This document shows positions 55,557 through 64,000 of a DNA stretch of 64,000 nt, piece by piece. Every line of letters begins with the position of its first letter. The first letter of the stretch is position 1. The notes beneath the pieces were generated by a model. The model saw only the letters and a list, made by a program, of their open reading frames with translations. It searched no databases and was not told the origin of the DNA. The position numbers and the translations under genes were made by a program. The stretch spans positions 6,601 through 70,600 of the forward strand of contig CAWADO010000007.1 of assembly GCA_963780775.1 (NCBI GenBank), in the 5' to 3' direction. The stretch is from an uncultured delta proteobacterium. Lineage in GTDB: Bacteria; Desulfobacterota; Desulfobulbia; Desulfobulbales; Desulfocapsaceae.

Positions 55557-56386
55557 TGAATAACAAGAGAAGAAAATTCCTGAAGATGGCGGGTGCCACC
55601 GTGCTGGCAGGTATCAGCGCTCCGGCGGTCGTCAAGTTGTCAACCACTACCAGCGCGATTGCAGCAGGCGGTGGCGGGCATGAGGCTCCGGCTGAGGGGC
55701 ATGGAGACGGCGGACACGGCGAACCGGCACCGACTGGAGTCAGGCTCGGCATGCTCATCGATATGCGCAAATTTTATCAGGACCAGGGGATGCTCGATGA
55801 GGCTATCGCCGCCTGCCACAAGGTGCATAACGTTCCCCAGATTTCTAATAGAAAAAGCGAAATCAAATGGATCTGGAAGACCGGATTCGGCAATCTCTTT
55901 CCCGAGATGAGTCAGAAGCATCCTTCTCAGACCATCCAGGACAATCAGTTTCCGGCCCTCTGCAACCACTGCGACAACCCTTCCTGCGTCAAGGCCTGCC
56001 CGACTAAGGCGACGTTTGTGATCGAGAAGAACGGCATCGTTGCCATGGACTATCATCGCTGCATCGGCTGCCGCTTCTGTATGGCCGCCTGTCCGTACGG
56101 TGCCAGAAGCTTCAACTGGGAAGATCCGCGGCCCTATATCGACGAGTACAACGCCGATTTCCCGACCCGTATGCGCGGTGTCGTCGAGAAGTGCAACTTC
56201 TGCAGCGAACGCCTCGCTCTCGGCCTTGAGCCGGCCTGCGTCGAAGCCTGCAAGGGAACCGGTGCGATGGTTTTTGGCGATCTCAACGATCCCCATTCAG
56301 AAATCAGGGAGGTGCTCGACAGCGAGTTCACCATTCAACGTAAACCTTCTGCCGGCACCAGGCCGTCAGTCTTCTACATAGTGTGA
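55556..56386 (+). CDS. dsrO: DsrO, Tat-exported ferredoxin-like [4Fe-4S] subunit
   Basis: I place the start at the ATG at 55556, which overlaps the dsrJ stop as TAATG and has GGAGG upstream. Tat signal 'MNNKRRKFLKMAGATVLAG'. Cluster motifs 'CNHCDNPSCVKACP', 'CIGCRFCMAACP' and 'CNFCSERL...CVEAC'. Confidence 0.9.
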   Translation: MNNKRRKFLKMAGATVLAGISAPAVVKLSTTTSAIAAGGGGHEAPAEGHGDGGHGEPAPTGVRLGMLIDMRKFYQDQGMLDEAIAACHKVHNVPQISNRKSEIKWIWKTGFGNLFPEMSQKHPSQTIQDNQFPALCNHCDNPSCVKACPTKATFVIEKNGIVAMDYHRCIGCRFCMAACPYGARSFNWEDPRPYIDEYNADFPTRMRGVVEKCNFCSERLALGLEPACVEACKGTGAMVFGDLNDPHSEIREVLDSEFTIQRKPSAGTRPSVFYIV

Positions 56387-56393
56387 GGTTGTC

Positions 56394-57569
56394 ATGATAG
56401 AAAAAACACTTAAAGGAAAACCGGCCTACTGGATCTGGCTTACCATTCTTCTCTCATTGATTGCCGTCGGCTGGGCCTGCTATTTCAGGCAGTACACCTT
56501 CGGTCTTGGGCTAACCGGTATGAGCCGTGACGTATCCTGGGGGCTTTACATCTCCCAGTTTACCTTTCTGGTCGGGGTCGCCGCCGGTGGGCTGATGCTG
56601 GTGCTGCCCTACTATATCCATGACTATAAAGCCTTCGGCAGAATCACCATTCTCGGTGAATTTCTGGCCATTTCAGCCCTGGTCATGTGCCTGATGTTCA
56701 TCATGGCCGATCTCGGCCAGCCGCTGCGCGGTCTCAACGTCATCTTCTACCCGACCCCGCACTCCATGCTTTTCTGGGATATGTGCGTGCTCTGGGGATA
56801 TCTGCTGCTCAACCTGCTCTGCGGCTGGGTCATCCTGACCGCCGAGCGCAAGCAGGTGCCGCCGCCGAAGTGGATATATTTCTTCGTCGCTATCTCCATT
56901 CCCTTTGCCGTTTCCATTCATACCGTAACGGCGATGCTTTACTGCGGTCTGCCGGGGCGGCATTTCTGGCTCTCGGCTATCATCGCGCCGCGCTTTCTGG
57001 CTTCAGCTTTCGCCGCCGGACCGTCGCTGATTCTTATCGTCTGTCTGATCATGCGCAAGTTCGCAAACTTCGACGCCGGCAAGGAAGCGATTCAGAAACT
57101 GACCACGATCATCATGTACGCGGTGATCATCAACACTTTCTTCTTCCTGCTCGAGTTCTTCGTCGCTTACTACTCAGAAGTTCCGGGTCACATACACAGC
57201 CTCCAATATCTGTTCTTCGGTCTCGAGCATCATGGAGAGGTTTACAACAACCTGGTACCCTTCATGTGGGTCGCAACCCTGTTCAACTTCGCCGGCCTCG
57301 GTATCCTGGCCTATATGAAGATTGCCAAGGTCTTCGACTACCGCCTGGTCGGCACCGCCTGCGTGCTGATTTTCCTGGCGTTGTGGACGGATAAGGGACT
57401 CGGTTTCGTCTTTGCCGGTTTCGTACCGAATCCGCTGGAAGAGGTGACTGAGTACTATCCGACCATGAACGAACTCGGCATCACTATCGGCATCTGGGCC
57501 ACCGGCTTTCTGCTGCTGACCCTGCTCTACAAGATCGCCATCGGCGTCGAGCGCGAGGTGGAACACTAG
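56394..57569 (+). CDS. dsrP: DsrP, NrfD/PsrC-like integral membrane quinone-interacting subunit
   Basis: 391 aa, ~10 TM helices. It is the last gene of the dsrMKJOP order. Confidence 0.88.
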   Translation: MIEKTLKGKPAYWIWLTILLSLIAVGWACYFRQYTFGLGLTGMSRDVSWGLYISQFTFLVGVAAGGLMLVLPYYIHDYKAFGRITILGEFLAISALVMCLMFIMADLGQPLRGLNVIFYPTPHSMLFWDMCVLWGYLLLNLLCGWVILTAERKQVPPPKWIYFFVAISIPFAVSIHTVTAMLYCGLPGRHFWLSAIIAPRFLASAFAAGPSLILIVCLIMRKFANFDAGKEAIQKLTTIIMYAVIINTFFFLLEFFVAYYSEVPGHIHSLQYLFFGLEHHGEVYNNLVPFMWVATLFNFAGLGILAYMKIAKVFDYRLVGTACVLIFLALWTDKGLGFVFAGFVPNPLEEVTEYYPTMNELGITIGIWATGFLLLTLLYKIAIGVEREVEH

Positions 57570-57593
57570 TCTGAACAGAAGCTCCTGGAAAAG

Positions 57594-57633
57594 AAAAAGC
57601 CCCCGGCCGCTTCCGCAGCCGGGGGCTTTTTTT
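57594..57633. terminator. bidirectional rho-independent terminator between the convergent dsrP and pilD
   Basis: 9-bp GC stem gcccccggc / gccgggggc (57599..57607 and 57618..57626), flanked by A5 on the left and T7 on the right. Confidence 0.85.
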
Positions 57634-57642
57634 ATCTGAGTA

Positions 57643-58440
57643 CTATTTAAACAGGTTCAGGTAAAGAGTGAACAAGGCCTCGACCTGGGGACGGAAAAAC
57701 AAATAGCAGAGGCCGGACAGAGCCAGAAACGGGCCAAAGGGGATCCGCGTTGCTCCGCCTTTTTTCTGGGAGCGCATGGCGAACAGACCGACGATGGTGC
57801 CGCTGACCGAACTGGCGAAGATGATGAACAGCAGTGACTGCCAGCCGAGGAATGCGCCGAGCATGGCCAGCAGCTTGATATCGCCCCCGCCGAGTCCCTC
57901 CTGCCTTCTGAAAAGGTAATAGGAGTAAGATACGGCGTAGAAGATGCCACCGCCTGCCAGCAGCCCGATAAGAGAATCCTGCCAGCTCAGAAAAATCGAC
58001 ACGAATGAGAAGCAGAAACCGAGAATGATGCCGGGTAGACTGATGACATCAGGTATTATCTGGTGATGAAGATCGATCCATATTATAGTGACCAGGGCCG
58101 CACAGAAAACAAAATATCCCAACGCCGTCACACTCAGGCCGAAGGTCGCGACAACGGCGACCGCCAGCAGCCCGGTCAGGAACTCGACGGTCGGATACTG
58201 TAATGAGATCGGAACCCGGCAGTGAGCGCATCTGCCGCGCAGGAACAGGTAGCTCAGTATCGGGATATTTTCATACCAGCTCAATGAATGGTTGCATTTC
58301 GGACAGTGTGACGGCGGAAAGGCGATCGAGGCTGAGGGGTCGGGCAGCCGCAGGATCACCACGTTGAGAAAACTGCCGATGATGCTCCCGAACAGAAATG
58401 CAGCGACAAGAACGAACGGTGAAATCTGGATGACGTCCAC
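57643..58440 (-). CDS. pilD: prepilin peptidase / N-methyltransferase (A24 family)
   Basis: 'GSIIGSFLNVVILRLP', zinc motif 'CPKCNHSL...CAHC', catalytic Asp context 'GGGDIKLLAMLGAFLGW'. The start is probably the GTG at 58440 or the TTG at 58467. The 417-aa ORF-track version extends over the divergent pyrK promoter and gene, and that extension has no peptidase-like sequence. Confidence 0.85.
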   Translation of the reverse strand: MDVIQISPFVLVAAFLFGSIIGSFLNVVILRLPDPSASIAFPPSHCPKCNHSLSWYENIPILSYLFLRGRCAHCRVPISLQYPTVEFLTGLLAVAVVATFGLSVTALGYFVFCAALVTIIWIDLHHQIIPDVISLPGIILGFCFSFVSIFLSWQDSLIGLLAGGGIFYAVSYSYYLFRRQEGLGGGDIKLLAMLGAFLGWQSLLFIIFASSVSGTIVGLFAMRSQKKGGATRIPFGPFLALSGLCYLFFRPQVEALFTLYLNLFK

Positions 58441-58494
58441 TTGAGTCCACTTAACTATATGATTCAATAAGAAAAAAGAGCCTATCGTTTCATT

Positions 58495-59283
58495 ATGTCT
58501 CAACACCAGGAAAAAGCAAGGATAATCCGTTTCGAGCAGCTCTCGGAGTTCAATCTCCGCATTACGCTCGAAGCGCCGCTGATTGCCGCAGCCGCTGCGG
58601 CCGGTCAGTTTGTCATGATCCGCACCGGAAAGGGCAAGGACCCGCTGCTGCGCCGGCCGTTTTCCCTGCACCAGGCGAGCAGCAACGGTCAGATTCAGAT
58701 CTATTTCAGAAACGTCGGCAGGGGCACCGATATTCTCGCCCATGCCAAGGTCGGAGAGATTCTCGATGTCTTCGGCCCGCTGGGGCGGGGCTTCATGGTA
58801 CGAAACGAGCAGCCGGCCTGTCTCGTTGGCGGCGGCCTGGGAATTGCGCCGATGCTTTTTCTGGCCAAAAAGATCATCTCCTCGGGGCGGGACCACAGCC
58901 GCGATCTGATCATTTTAGGAGGCAGGACCAGGGAGGATGTCGAGCCGCTGGTGGGAGATTTCAAACAGTTCGGCCTGGCTCTGCACTGCGGGACCGATGA
59001 CGGGTCGTTTGGTATCAAAGGTTTTGTTACCGACATTTTGCGAACTGAAAAGCTCGCCGCTGATACCGAGATCTACGGCTGCGGTCCGGAGAACATGCTT
59101 CAGGTGCTGCATGAGTTCTGCAGAACCCGGGAGCTGGGCTGCCAGGTTTCTGTCGAGAGCGTCATGGCCTGCGGCATGGGAGCCTGCCTTGGCTGCAACC
59201 GCGAAGCGAGCAGCGGTGACTACGTCCATGTCTGTATAGACGGACCGGTATTCAGGACCGAGGAACTGCAATGGAATTCGTAA
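58495..59283 (+). CDS. pyrK: dihydroorotate dehydrogenase (class 1B) electron-transfer subunit
   Basis: 262 aa. FAD motif 'RRPFSL', 'GGGLGIAPM', and 2Fe-2S 'CGMGACLGC'. Confidence 0.92.
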   Translation: MSQHQEKARIIRFEQLSEFNLRITLEAPLIAAAAAAGQFVMIRTGKGKDPLLRRPFSLHQASSNGQIQIYFRNVGRGTDILAHAKVGEILDVFGPLGRGFMVRNEQPACLVGGGLGIAPMLFLAKKIISSGRDHSRDLIILGGRTREDVEPLVGDFKQFGLALHCGTDDGSFGIKGFVTDILRTEKLAADTEIYGCGPENMLQVLHEFCRTRELGCQVSVESVMACGMGACLGCNREASSGDYVHVCIDGPVFRTEELQWNS

Positions 59284-60209
59284 AAGAAGGCGACCCCTAT
59301 CCTGATCTGCGCGTTAACATTGGCTCGCTCGAACTCCAGAACCCGGTCATGACCGCTTCCGGAACATTCGGGTATGCCCGGGAGTTCGCCGACCTGGTGA
59401 ATCTGCATCGGCTTGGCGGTATTATCGTCAAAGGCATCTCCTATGAGCCCCGGGCCGGCAATCCGCCCCAGCGCATAGTCGAAACGCCCTGCGGGATGCT
59501 CAACGCCATCGGCCTGCAAAACGTCGGGGTGGAGCGCTTCATTACCGAGAAAATGACCTACCTCAGCGGGCTCGGTGTGCCGGTTGTGGTCAATATTTTA
59601 GGCGACACCATCGATGAATACCGGATCTTGACCGAGCGGCTCAAAGGGGTTGAAGGCATCGCCGCACTCGAGGTGAATATCTCTTGCCCCAACGTTAAAA
59701 AAGGCGGGGTCGCATTTGGAACGGTCCCGTCGATGGCAGCCGCGGTTACCGAAGCGGTGAAAGCGTCGGCGGATGTGCCGGTGATGGTTAAACTATCCCC
59801 CAACGTGGCCGATATCGTTGAAATGGCGAAGGCGGTCGAAGACGGAGGCGCCGATTCCATTTCCCTGATCAACACACTGATTGGCATGGCAATCGATCTT
59901 AAGAGCAGAAAACCTCTTCTGGCAAACGTCATTGGCGGTCTCTCGGGGCCGGCGATCAAACCGGTGGCACTGCGCATGGTTTATCAGGCTGCCGGGGCGG
60001 TGAATATCCCGGTGATCGGCATCGGCGGCATCGAAACCGCCGAGGACGCGCTCGAGTTTATCCTGGCAGGCGCTACCGCCGTTCAGGTCGGAACCGCGAA
60101 CTTTATCAATCCCCGGGTCAGCGAAGAACTGGTTGATGGGATCGGTGACTACGTCAGGTCCCACAAACTGTCTTCGATCAGGGACCTGATCGGTGCTGTC
60201 GAGATCTGA
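59271..60209 (+). CDS. pyrD: dihydroorotate dehydrogenase (class 1B) catalytic subunit
   Basis: 312 aa. 'LQNPVMTASGTFGY', 'NISCPN' and 'GGLSGPAIKPVALRMV'. Confidence 0.95.
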   Translation: MEFVKEGDPYPDLRVNIGSLELQNPVMTASGTFGYAREFADLVNLHRLGGIIVKGISYEPRAGNPPQRIVETPCGMLNAIGLQNVGVERFITEKMTYLSGLGVPVVVNILGDTIDEYRILTERLKGVEGIAALEVNISCPNVKKGGVAFGTVPSMAAAVTEAVKASADVPVMVKLSPNVADIVEMAKAVEDGGADSISLINTLIGMAIDLKSRKPLLANVIGGLSGPAIKPVALRMVYQAAGAVNIPVIGIGGIETAEDALEFILAGATAVQVGTANFINPRVSEELVDGIGDYVRSHKLSSIRDLIGAVEI

Positions 60210-60213
60210 TCTC

Positions 60214-60483
60214 ATGGGCCGGGGATCGAAGCTTCCCGTTCTGGGGCGCATGGCCGCGACGATCACCGGTTATCTGCGGCTGCTGGTAGCAAAAGATACT
60301 CCCTGGAAAGTGCGGCTGATTCTCGGTACCGCTCTTCTTTACCTGATCTGGCCCTATGATATTGTTCCGGACTGGTTTCTCGGCTTCGGCATCATCGATG
60401 ATTTCGCCGTGGTGACGGCACTGGTCTGGTGGGCAACGAGACTTGTCGGTGATAAACAGGAGCCTCCCACCGCTGACAATTGA
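60214..60483 (+). CDS. YkvA/DUF1232-family small membrane protein
   Basis: 'LLYLIWPYDIVPDWFLGFGIIDDFAVV' is the family signature. I prefer the ATG at 60214, just after the pyrD stop, to the ORF-track start at 60193. Confidence 0.75.
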   Translation: MGRGSKLPVLGRMAATITGYLRLLVAKDTPWKVRLILGTALLYLIWPYDIVPDWFLGFGIIDDFAVVTALVWWATRLVGDKQEPPTADN

Positions 60484-60495
60484 AATACCATTGAT

Positions 60496-61194
60496 ATGGA
60501 CGACAACAAGACATTGCTGTGCGTGGCGGTCGGTGTCGAAAAGATGTCTGAGGCGCTGGAGCTGGTTGAGCGGGAGAGCCGCCATGCCGATCTCATCGAG
60601 GTGCGCCTCGACAACCTGGTCGACCTCAAAAAGATCGACTACCAAGCGTTTTTCACCGCTGCATCGGTACCGCTTCTTTTCACCCTGCGGCCGGACTGGG
60701 AAGGGGGATATTTTTCCGGCCCTGAGGCCGAGCGCATCGATCTGCTCACCGAGGCGTGCGAATCAGGGGCTTCCTATATAGATTGCGAGCTTCGGGCACC
60801 GGCAGAAACACGGCGCTCCCTCAGAAAAGTCTGCGGCCGGCATGGGACGAAGCTGATTCTTTCATACCATGATTTTTCGTCCACGCCGCCAGAACACATC
60901 TTGACCGACGCACTCAGGCAGATGTCTGAAGAAGGAGCGAATATCGGTAAGATCGTCACGCTGGCTGAAAATTATCTCGATGTGCTCAGAGTTCTCGCCC
61001 TGCAGATACCGGCGCAGCAACGGGGGTTGCCCCTGACCGCTTTTTGCATGGGCAGTCCAGGCGTGATCAGCCGGGTGGCAACAGTCAAGCTTGGCGGCTT
61101 CATGACCTATTGTGCTGCTGATTCAGATTTGGAAACAGCACCGGGCCAGCTCACCGCCGACAAGGTGCGTACCATTCTTGATAACCTGGAATGA
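60496..61194 (+). CDS. aroD: type I 3-dehydroquinate dehydratase
   Basis: 232 aa. 'ADLIEVRLD', 'ILSYHDFSSTP' and 'GANIGKIVTLA' (Schiff-base Lys context). Confidence 0.9.
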   Translation: MDDNKTLLCVAVGVEKMSEALELVERESRHADLIEVRLDNLVDLKKIDYQAFFTAASVPLLFTLRPDWEGGYFSGPEAERIDLLTEACESGASYIDCELRAPAETRRSLRKVCGRHGTKLILSYHDFSSTPPEHILTDALRQMSEEGANIGKIVTLAENYLDVLRVLALQIPAQQRGLPLTAFCMGSPGVISRVATVKLGGFMTYCAADSDLETAPGQLTADKVRTILDNLE

Positions 61195-61207
61195 AAACAG
61201 GCAATTG

Positions 61208-62032
61208 ATGGCAATAAACGGAAAAACAAAAGTTTACGGTATCATCGGCAAGCCGGTCAGTCACTCCTTGAGTCCGCTGATGCAGAACCGGGCCTTTGCA
61301 ACCCGTAATCAGAACTGTGTCTATGTGCCGCTGCATACCGATGATCTGCCGGCGGCACTGCAGGGGCTCAGGGGAATGCGCATTGACGGAGCCAGTGTCA
61401 CCATTCCGTACAAGGAGCAGGTGCTTGACCTGCTTGACGAGATCGAACCGGTGGCTCTGAAGATCGGCGCGGTCAATACCATTGTGGTTAAAAGAGAAGG
61501 CGCTTCGACGCGCCTGTACGGAACCAATACCGACTGGATGGGCGCCAATCAGGCCCTGGCTGAAAAAATTGAATTAGAGGGCAGCCGTGGTGTTATTCTC
61601 GGGGCCGGCGGGGCAGCCCGGGCGATTGGTTTCGGCCTGCTGGAAGCCGGCGCCGAAGTTGAAATAAAGAGCAGAGACGAGAGTAAGGGCGGGGCTCTGG
61701 CTGAACAGCTCGGGGTCTCCTGGTCGCGGCTCGATCGAGCACCGTTGAAAGATGCGCATATCCTGATCAACGCCACTTCCGTCGGCATGGAGCCCAACGA
61801 TGGGGTAAGTCCGGTTTCAAGGGCGCAGCTTACCGGCTATTCGGTCGTCATGGATATCGTTTATGCGCCGCTGCAGACAAAGCTTCTTGAAGACGCCGCC
61901 GCGCTTGGCTGTATCGCAGTCAACGGGCTGGAAATGCTGCTCTACCAGGGAGCGGCCCAGTTCGAACTGTGGACCGGGCAGGAAGCGCCGCTGGATGTCA
62001 TGCGGCAGGAACTGCTCCATGCGGTGTCCTGA
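61208..62032 (+). CDS. aroE: shikimate dehydrogenase
   Basis: I place the start at the ATG at 61208 ('MAINGKTKVYGIIGKPVSHSLSPLMQN'). The ORF-track start at 61112 lies inside aroD. 'VTIPYK' and 'GAGGAARA' are present. Confidence 0.92.
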   Translation: MAINGKTKVYGIIGKPVSHSLSPLMQNRAFATRNQNCVYVPLHTDDLPAALQGLRGMRIDGASVTIPYKEQVLDLLDEIEPVALKIGAVNTIVVKREGASTRLYGTNTDWMGANQALAEKIELEGSRGVILGAGGAARAIGFGLLEAGAEVEIKSRDESKGGALAEQLGVSWSRLDRAPLKDAHILINATSVGMEPNDGVSPVSRAQLTGYSVVMDIVYAPLQTKLLEDAAALGCIAVNGLEMLLYQGAAQFELWTGQEAPLDVMRQELLHAVS

Positions 62033-62069
62033 AAATTCTCTGGAAGATAATCGAAACAGATAGCTGACA

Positions 62070-63338
62070 ATGATTCACCTAAAAACCGCCGACAGCATCG
62101 ATGCCGTTATCACCGTTCCCGGTTCCAAAAGCATAACCCAGCGTGCCCTGATTGCCGCCGCCCTCGCCGACGGCACCAGTTCACTGCATGGGCCGCTGGT
62201 CAGCGAGGATACCGACTACTCATCGGCGGCGCTCGGGCAGATGGGGGTCACCATCGACAAGGAAGATGGTTGCTGGCGCGTACACGGCACCGGCGGCAAC
62301 GTAGTGGAGCCGGAAGACGACATCTTCCTCGGCAACAACGGTACGGCCACCCGCTTCCTGACCTCGGTGGCGGCGCTGGGGCACGGTGAGTTCATCATCG
62401 ATGGGGCAGAGCGCATGCGCGAGCGTCCCATTGCGCCGCTGATGGAGGCTTTGAGGGGCTGGGGCGTCGATATCGAGTCGATCCACGGCAGCGGTTGCCC
62501 GCCGCTGAGCATCCTGGCCTCCGGGCTCAGGGGCGGGAAAACCGTTCTGCCTGAGGGGAAAAGCAGTCAGTACCTCTCATCGCTTTTGCTGGTAGCTCCC
62601 TATGCAGTTGAACCGGCGGAACTCGAAGTGCACGGCGAGATCCTCTCAAAACCCTATGTGGCAATGACCCTTGAGGTCATGTCGGCATTTGGTATCGACG
62701 TTGAAGCAACGCCTGATTTTTCCCGCTTCAGTATAGAAAAGGGGTGCTATCGGGCCCGGGACTATCGAATCGAGGGCGATGCCTCGAATGCCTCCTATTT
62801 CTGGGCGGCGGCGGCGGTCACCGGCGGAGCGGTGACCGTTGACAACGTTCCGGTTCCGTCGATGCAGGGCGATGCGCTGCTGGTCCCGCTGCTGGCCCGC
62901 ATGGGCTGTATAGTCGAACAGCAGGGCGGCGGTATCAAAGTTACAGGGCCTGACAAACTGGAACCGATTACGGTCGATATGGGGGATATGCCCGATGTGG
63001 TGCCGACCCTGGCCGTTGTTGCAGCTTTCGCCGACGGGACGACGGAAATTTCGAATATTGCACACCTGCGCATCAAGGAGTGTGACCGTTTGTCCGCCAC
63101 CACCGCCGAATTGATGAAAATGGGCGTTGCTGTCGAAGAATTCCCGGATCGCATGCTGATCCACGGTCGCGGCGGCAGCGGTATGCAGGCAGCCTCGATA
63201 AAGACCTATGACGATCATCGCATGGCCATGAGCATGGCGGTTGCCGGACTGCGTGTTGCTGGAATAATGATCGAAGATGAGCAGTGCGTCGCCAAGTCGT
63301 TTCCCGATTTCTGGGATCGCTTTGCAGAGCTTTACTGA
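62070..63338 (+). CDS. aroA: 3-phosphoshikimate 1-carboxyvinyltransferase (EPSP synthase)
   Basis: 422 aa. 'VPGSKSITQRALIAAALA', 'LGNNGTATRFL', 'KECDR' and 'DDHRMAMS'. Confidence 0.95.
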   Translation: MIHLKTADSIDAVITVPGSKSITQRALIAAALADGTSSLHGPLVSEDTDYSSAALGQMGVTIDKEDGCWRVHGTGGNVVEPEDDIFLGNNGTATRFLTSVAALGHGEFIIDGAERMRERPIAPLMEALRGWGVDIESIHGSGCPPLSILASGLRGGKTVLPEGKSSQYLSSLLLVAPYAVEPAELEVHGEILSKPYVAMTLEVMSAFGIDVEATPDFSRFSIEKGCYRARDYRIEGDASNASYFWAAAAVTGGAVTVDNVPVPSMQGDALLVPLLARMGCIVEQQGGGIKVTGPDKLEPITVDMGDMPDVVPTLAVVAAFADGTTEISNIAHLRIKECDRLSATTAELMKMGVAVEEFPDRMLIHGRGGSGMQAASIKTYDDHRMAMSMAVAGLRVAGIMIEDEQCVAKSFPDFWDRFAELY

Positions 63339-63422
63339 AACTATAGCGAATCATTCCCCGCCACGCTTCCAGTCTTCTTTTGATCCTGTGGGATTGCTGC
63401 GGGCTTCTAAGGATGCAGAGAT

Positions 63423-64000
63423 TTACGGTCCGGCTATTGCCTCTGCCAGTTCGCTGACGGCCATCGCATAGCGGTTCGAGTGGTTCCACTCGGTTATGGC
63501 CTGAAAGTTCGGGTAGCCGGCCACATAACGAAAACCGCCGCCTTTCTTGGGATCGATCTCCAGGCTGACGATAGTCACGTCTCTGTTTTCCGGCGGGGTC
63601 GGCAGCTTCAGGTTCTGGACTGCGGCAACCTGCTGGTAATCGATGAACCCCTTTCTGCCCTTGAGGTTGGCACTGATCAGCTCCTGGGACTTGAGTTTTG
63701 AGCCGATATCGATATAGAGCGGAGCGTCGAGGGCCCAGTGAAACGCTTTCAGGTAATTGGCGATCGAGGCCAGGATATCCTCGATGGAGTTGAACACATC
63801 GCGGACCAAGTCGTCGTCGAAGCTGACCGCATACTCATGAAAACTCGACGGGATGAACTGGGTCTGACCGAACGCCCCTGCGTATGATCCTTTGATTTCC
63901 AGCGGATCCATGTTGTTTTCCCTGCAGACGAGCAGAAAGTAGATCAGCTCTTCTCGAAAAAAATCGGAGCGCCGGGGATAGGCATCGAACAGGGTGTTCA
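63423..64000 (-). CDS. lytic murein transglycosylase (MltB-like); the 5' end lies beyond the window
   Basis: 'GSYAGAFGQTQFIPSSFHEYAVSFDDD' is MltB-type. The frame stays open upstream of the listed Met at 63911 ('NTLFDAYPRRSDFFREELIYFLLVCRENN-MDPLE...') through to position 64000. Confidence 0.8.
   Translation of the reverse strand, partial: NTLFDAYPRRSDFFREELIYFLLVCRENNMDPLEIKGSYAGAFGQTQFIPSSFHEYAVSFDDDLVRDVFNSIEDILASIANYLKAFHWALDAPLYIDIGSKLKSQELISANLKGRKGFIDYQQVAAVQNLKLPTPPENRDVTIVSLEIDPKKGGGFRYVAGYPNFQAITEWNHSNRYAMAVSELAEAIAGP

Overview
This is a 64-kb, GC-rich chromosomal segment with tightly packed operons. I count about 57 protein genes. I recognised no rRNA, tRNA, CRISPR array, transposase or integrase. 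A complete dsrMKJOP operon, a siroheme/hemA cluster and CcdA/TlpA-type thiol-redox genes suggest a dissimilatory sulfur-metabolising Desulfobacterota-type bacterium; this is an inference from gene content only.

Most of the window is housekeeping:
- RNA and stress functions: rnr, trmJ, a RelA/SpoT homologue, aat.
- Core metabolism and proteolysis: folP, ftsH, carAB, pyrK-pyrD, aroD-aroE-aroA, birA, recO, uppP, hemA, an S41 tail-specific protease.
- Envelope and tRNA modification: cmoAB, ydbH-ynbE-ydbL, pilD.
- A TetR-controlled RND efflux operon.

I found no convincing new multi-gene system (for example a defence island). The items most worth a second look are:
1. A MalT-type STAND ATPase with a C-terminal SARP-type DNA-binding output. 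It runs off the left edge of the window, is absent from the ORF track, and is translationally coupled to trmJ.
2. An AT-rich, codon-atypical islet carrying a single secreted polyglycine protein of the ALK/LTK-type glycine-rich fold.
3. A stand-alone zinc-ribbon protein whose C-terminus resembles the tail of class II ribonucleotide reductase but lacks the redox cysteines.
4. A tandem biotinyl-like-domain protein with a non-canonical LMKR hairpin, directly upstream of an HTH-less birA.
5. Three copies of a perfect 14-bp palindrome interlocked with a near-consensus promoter in front of the tetR-efflux operon.
6. A 16-bp perfect palindrome and an RsbRD_N-like gene in front of dsrMKJOP.
7. Two single-base frameshifts, in the RND pump and in modF. 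These are either assembly errors or real pseudogenes.
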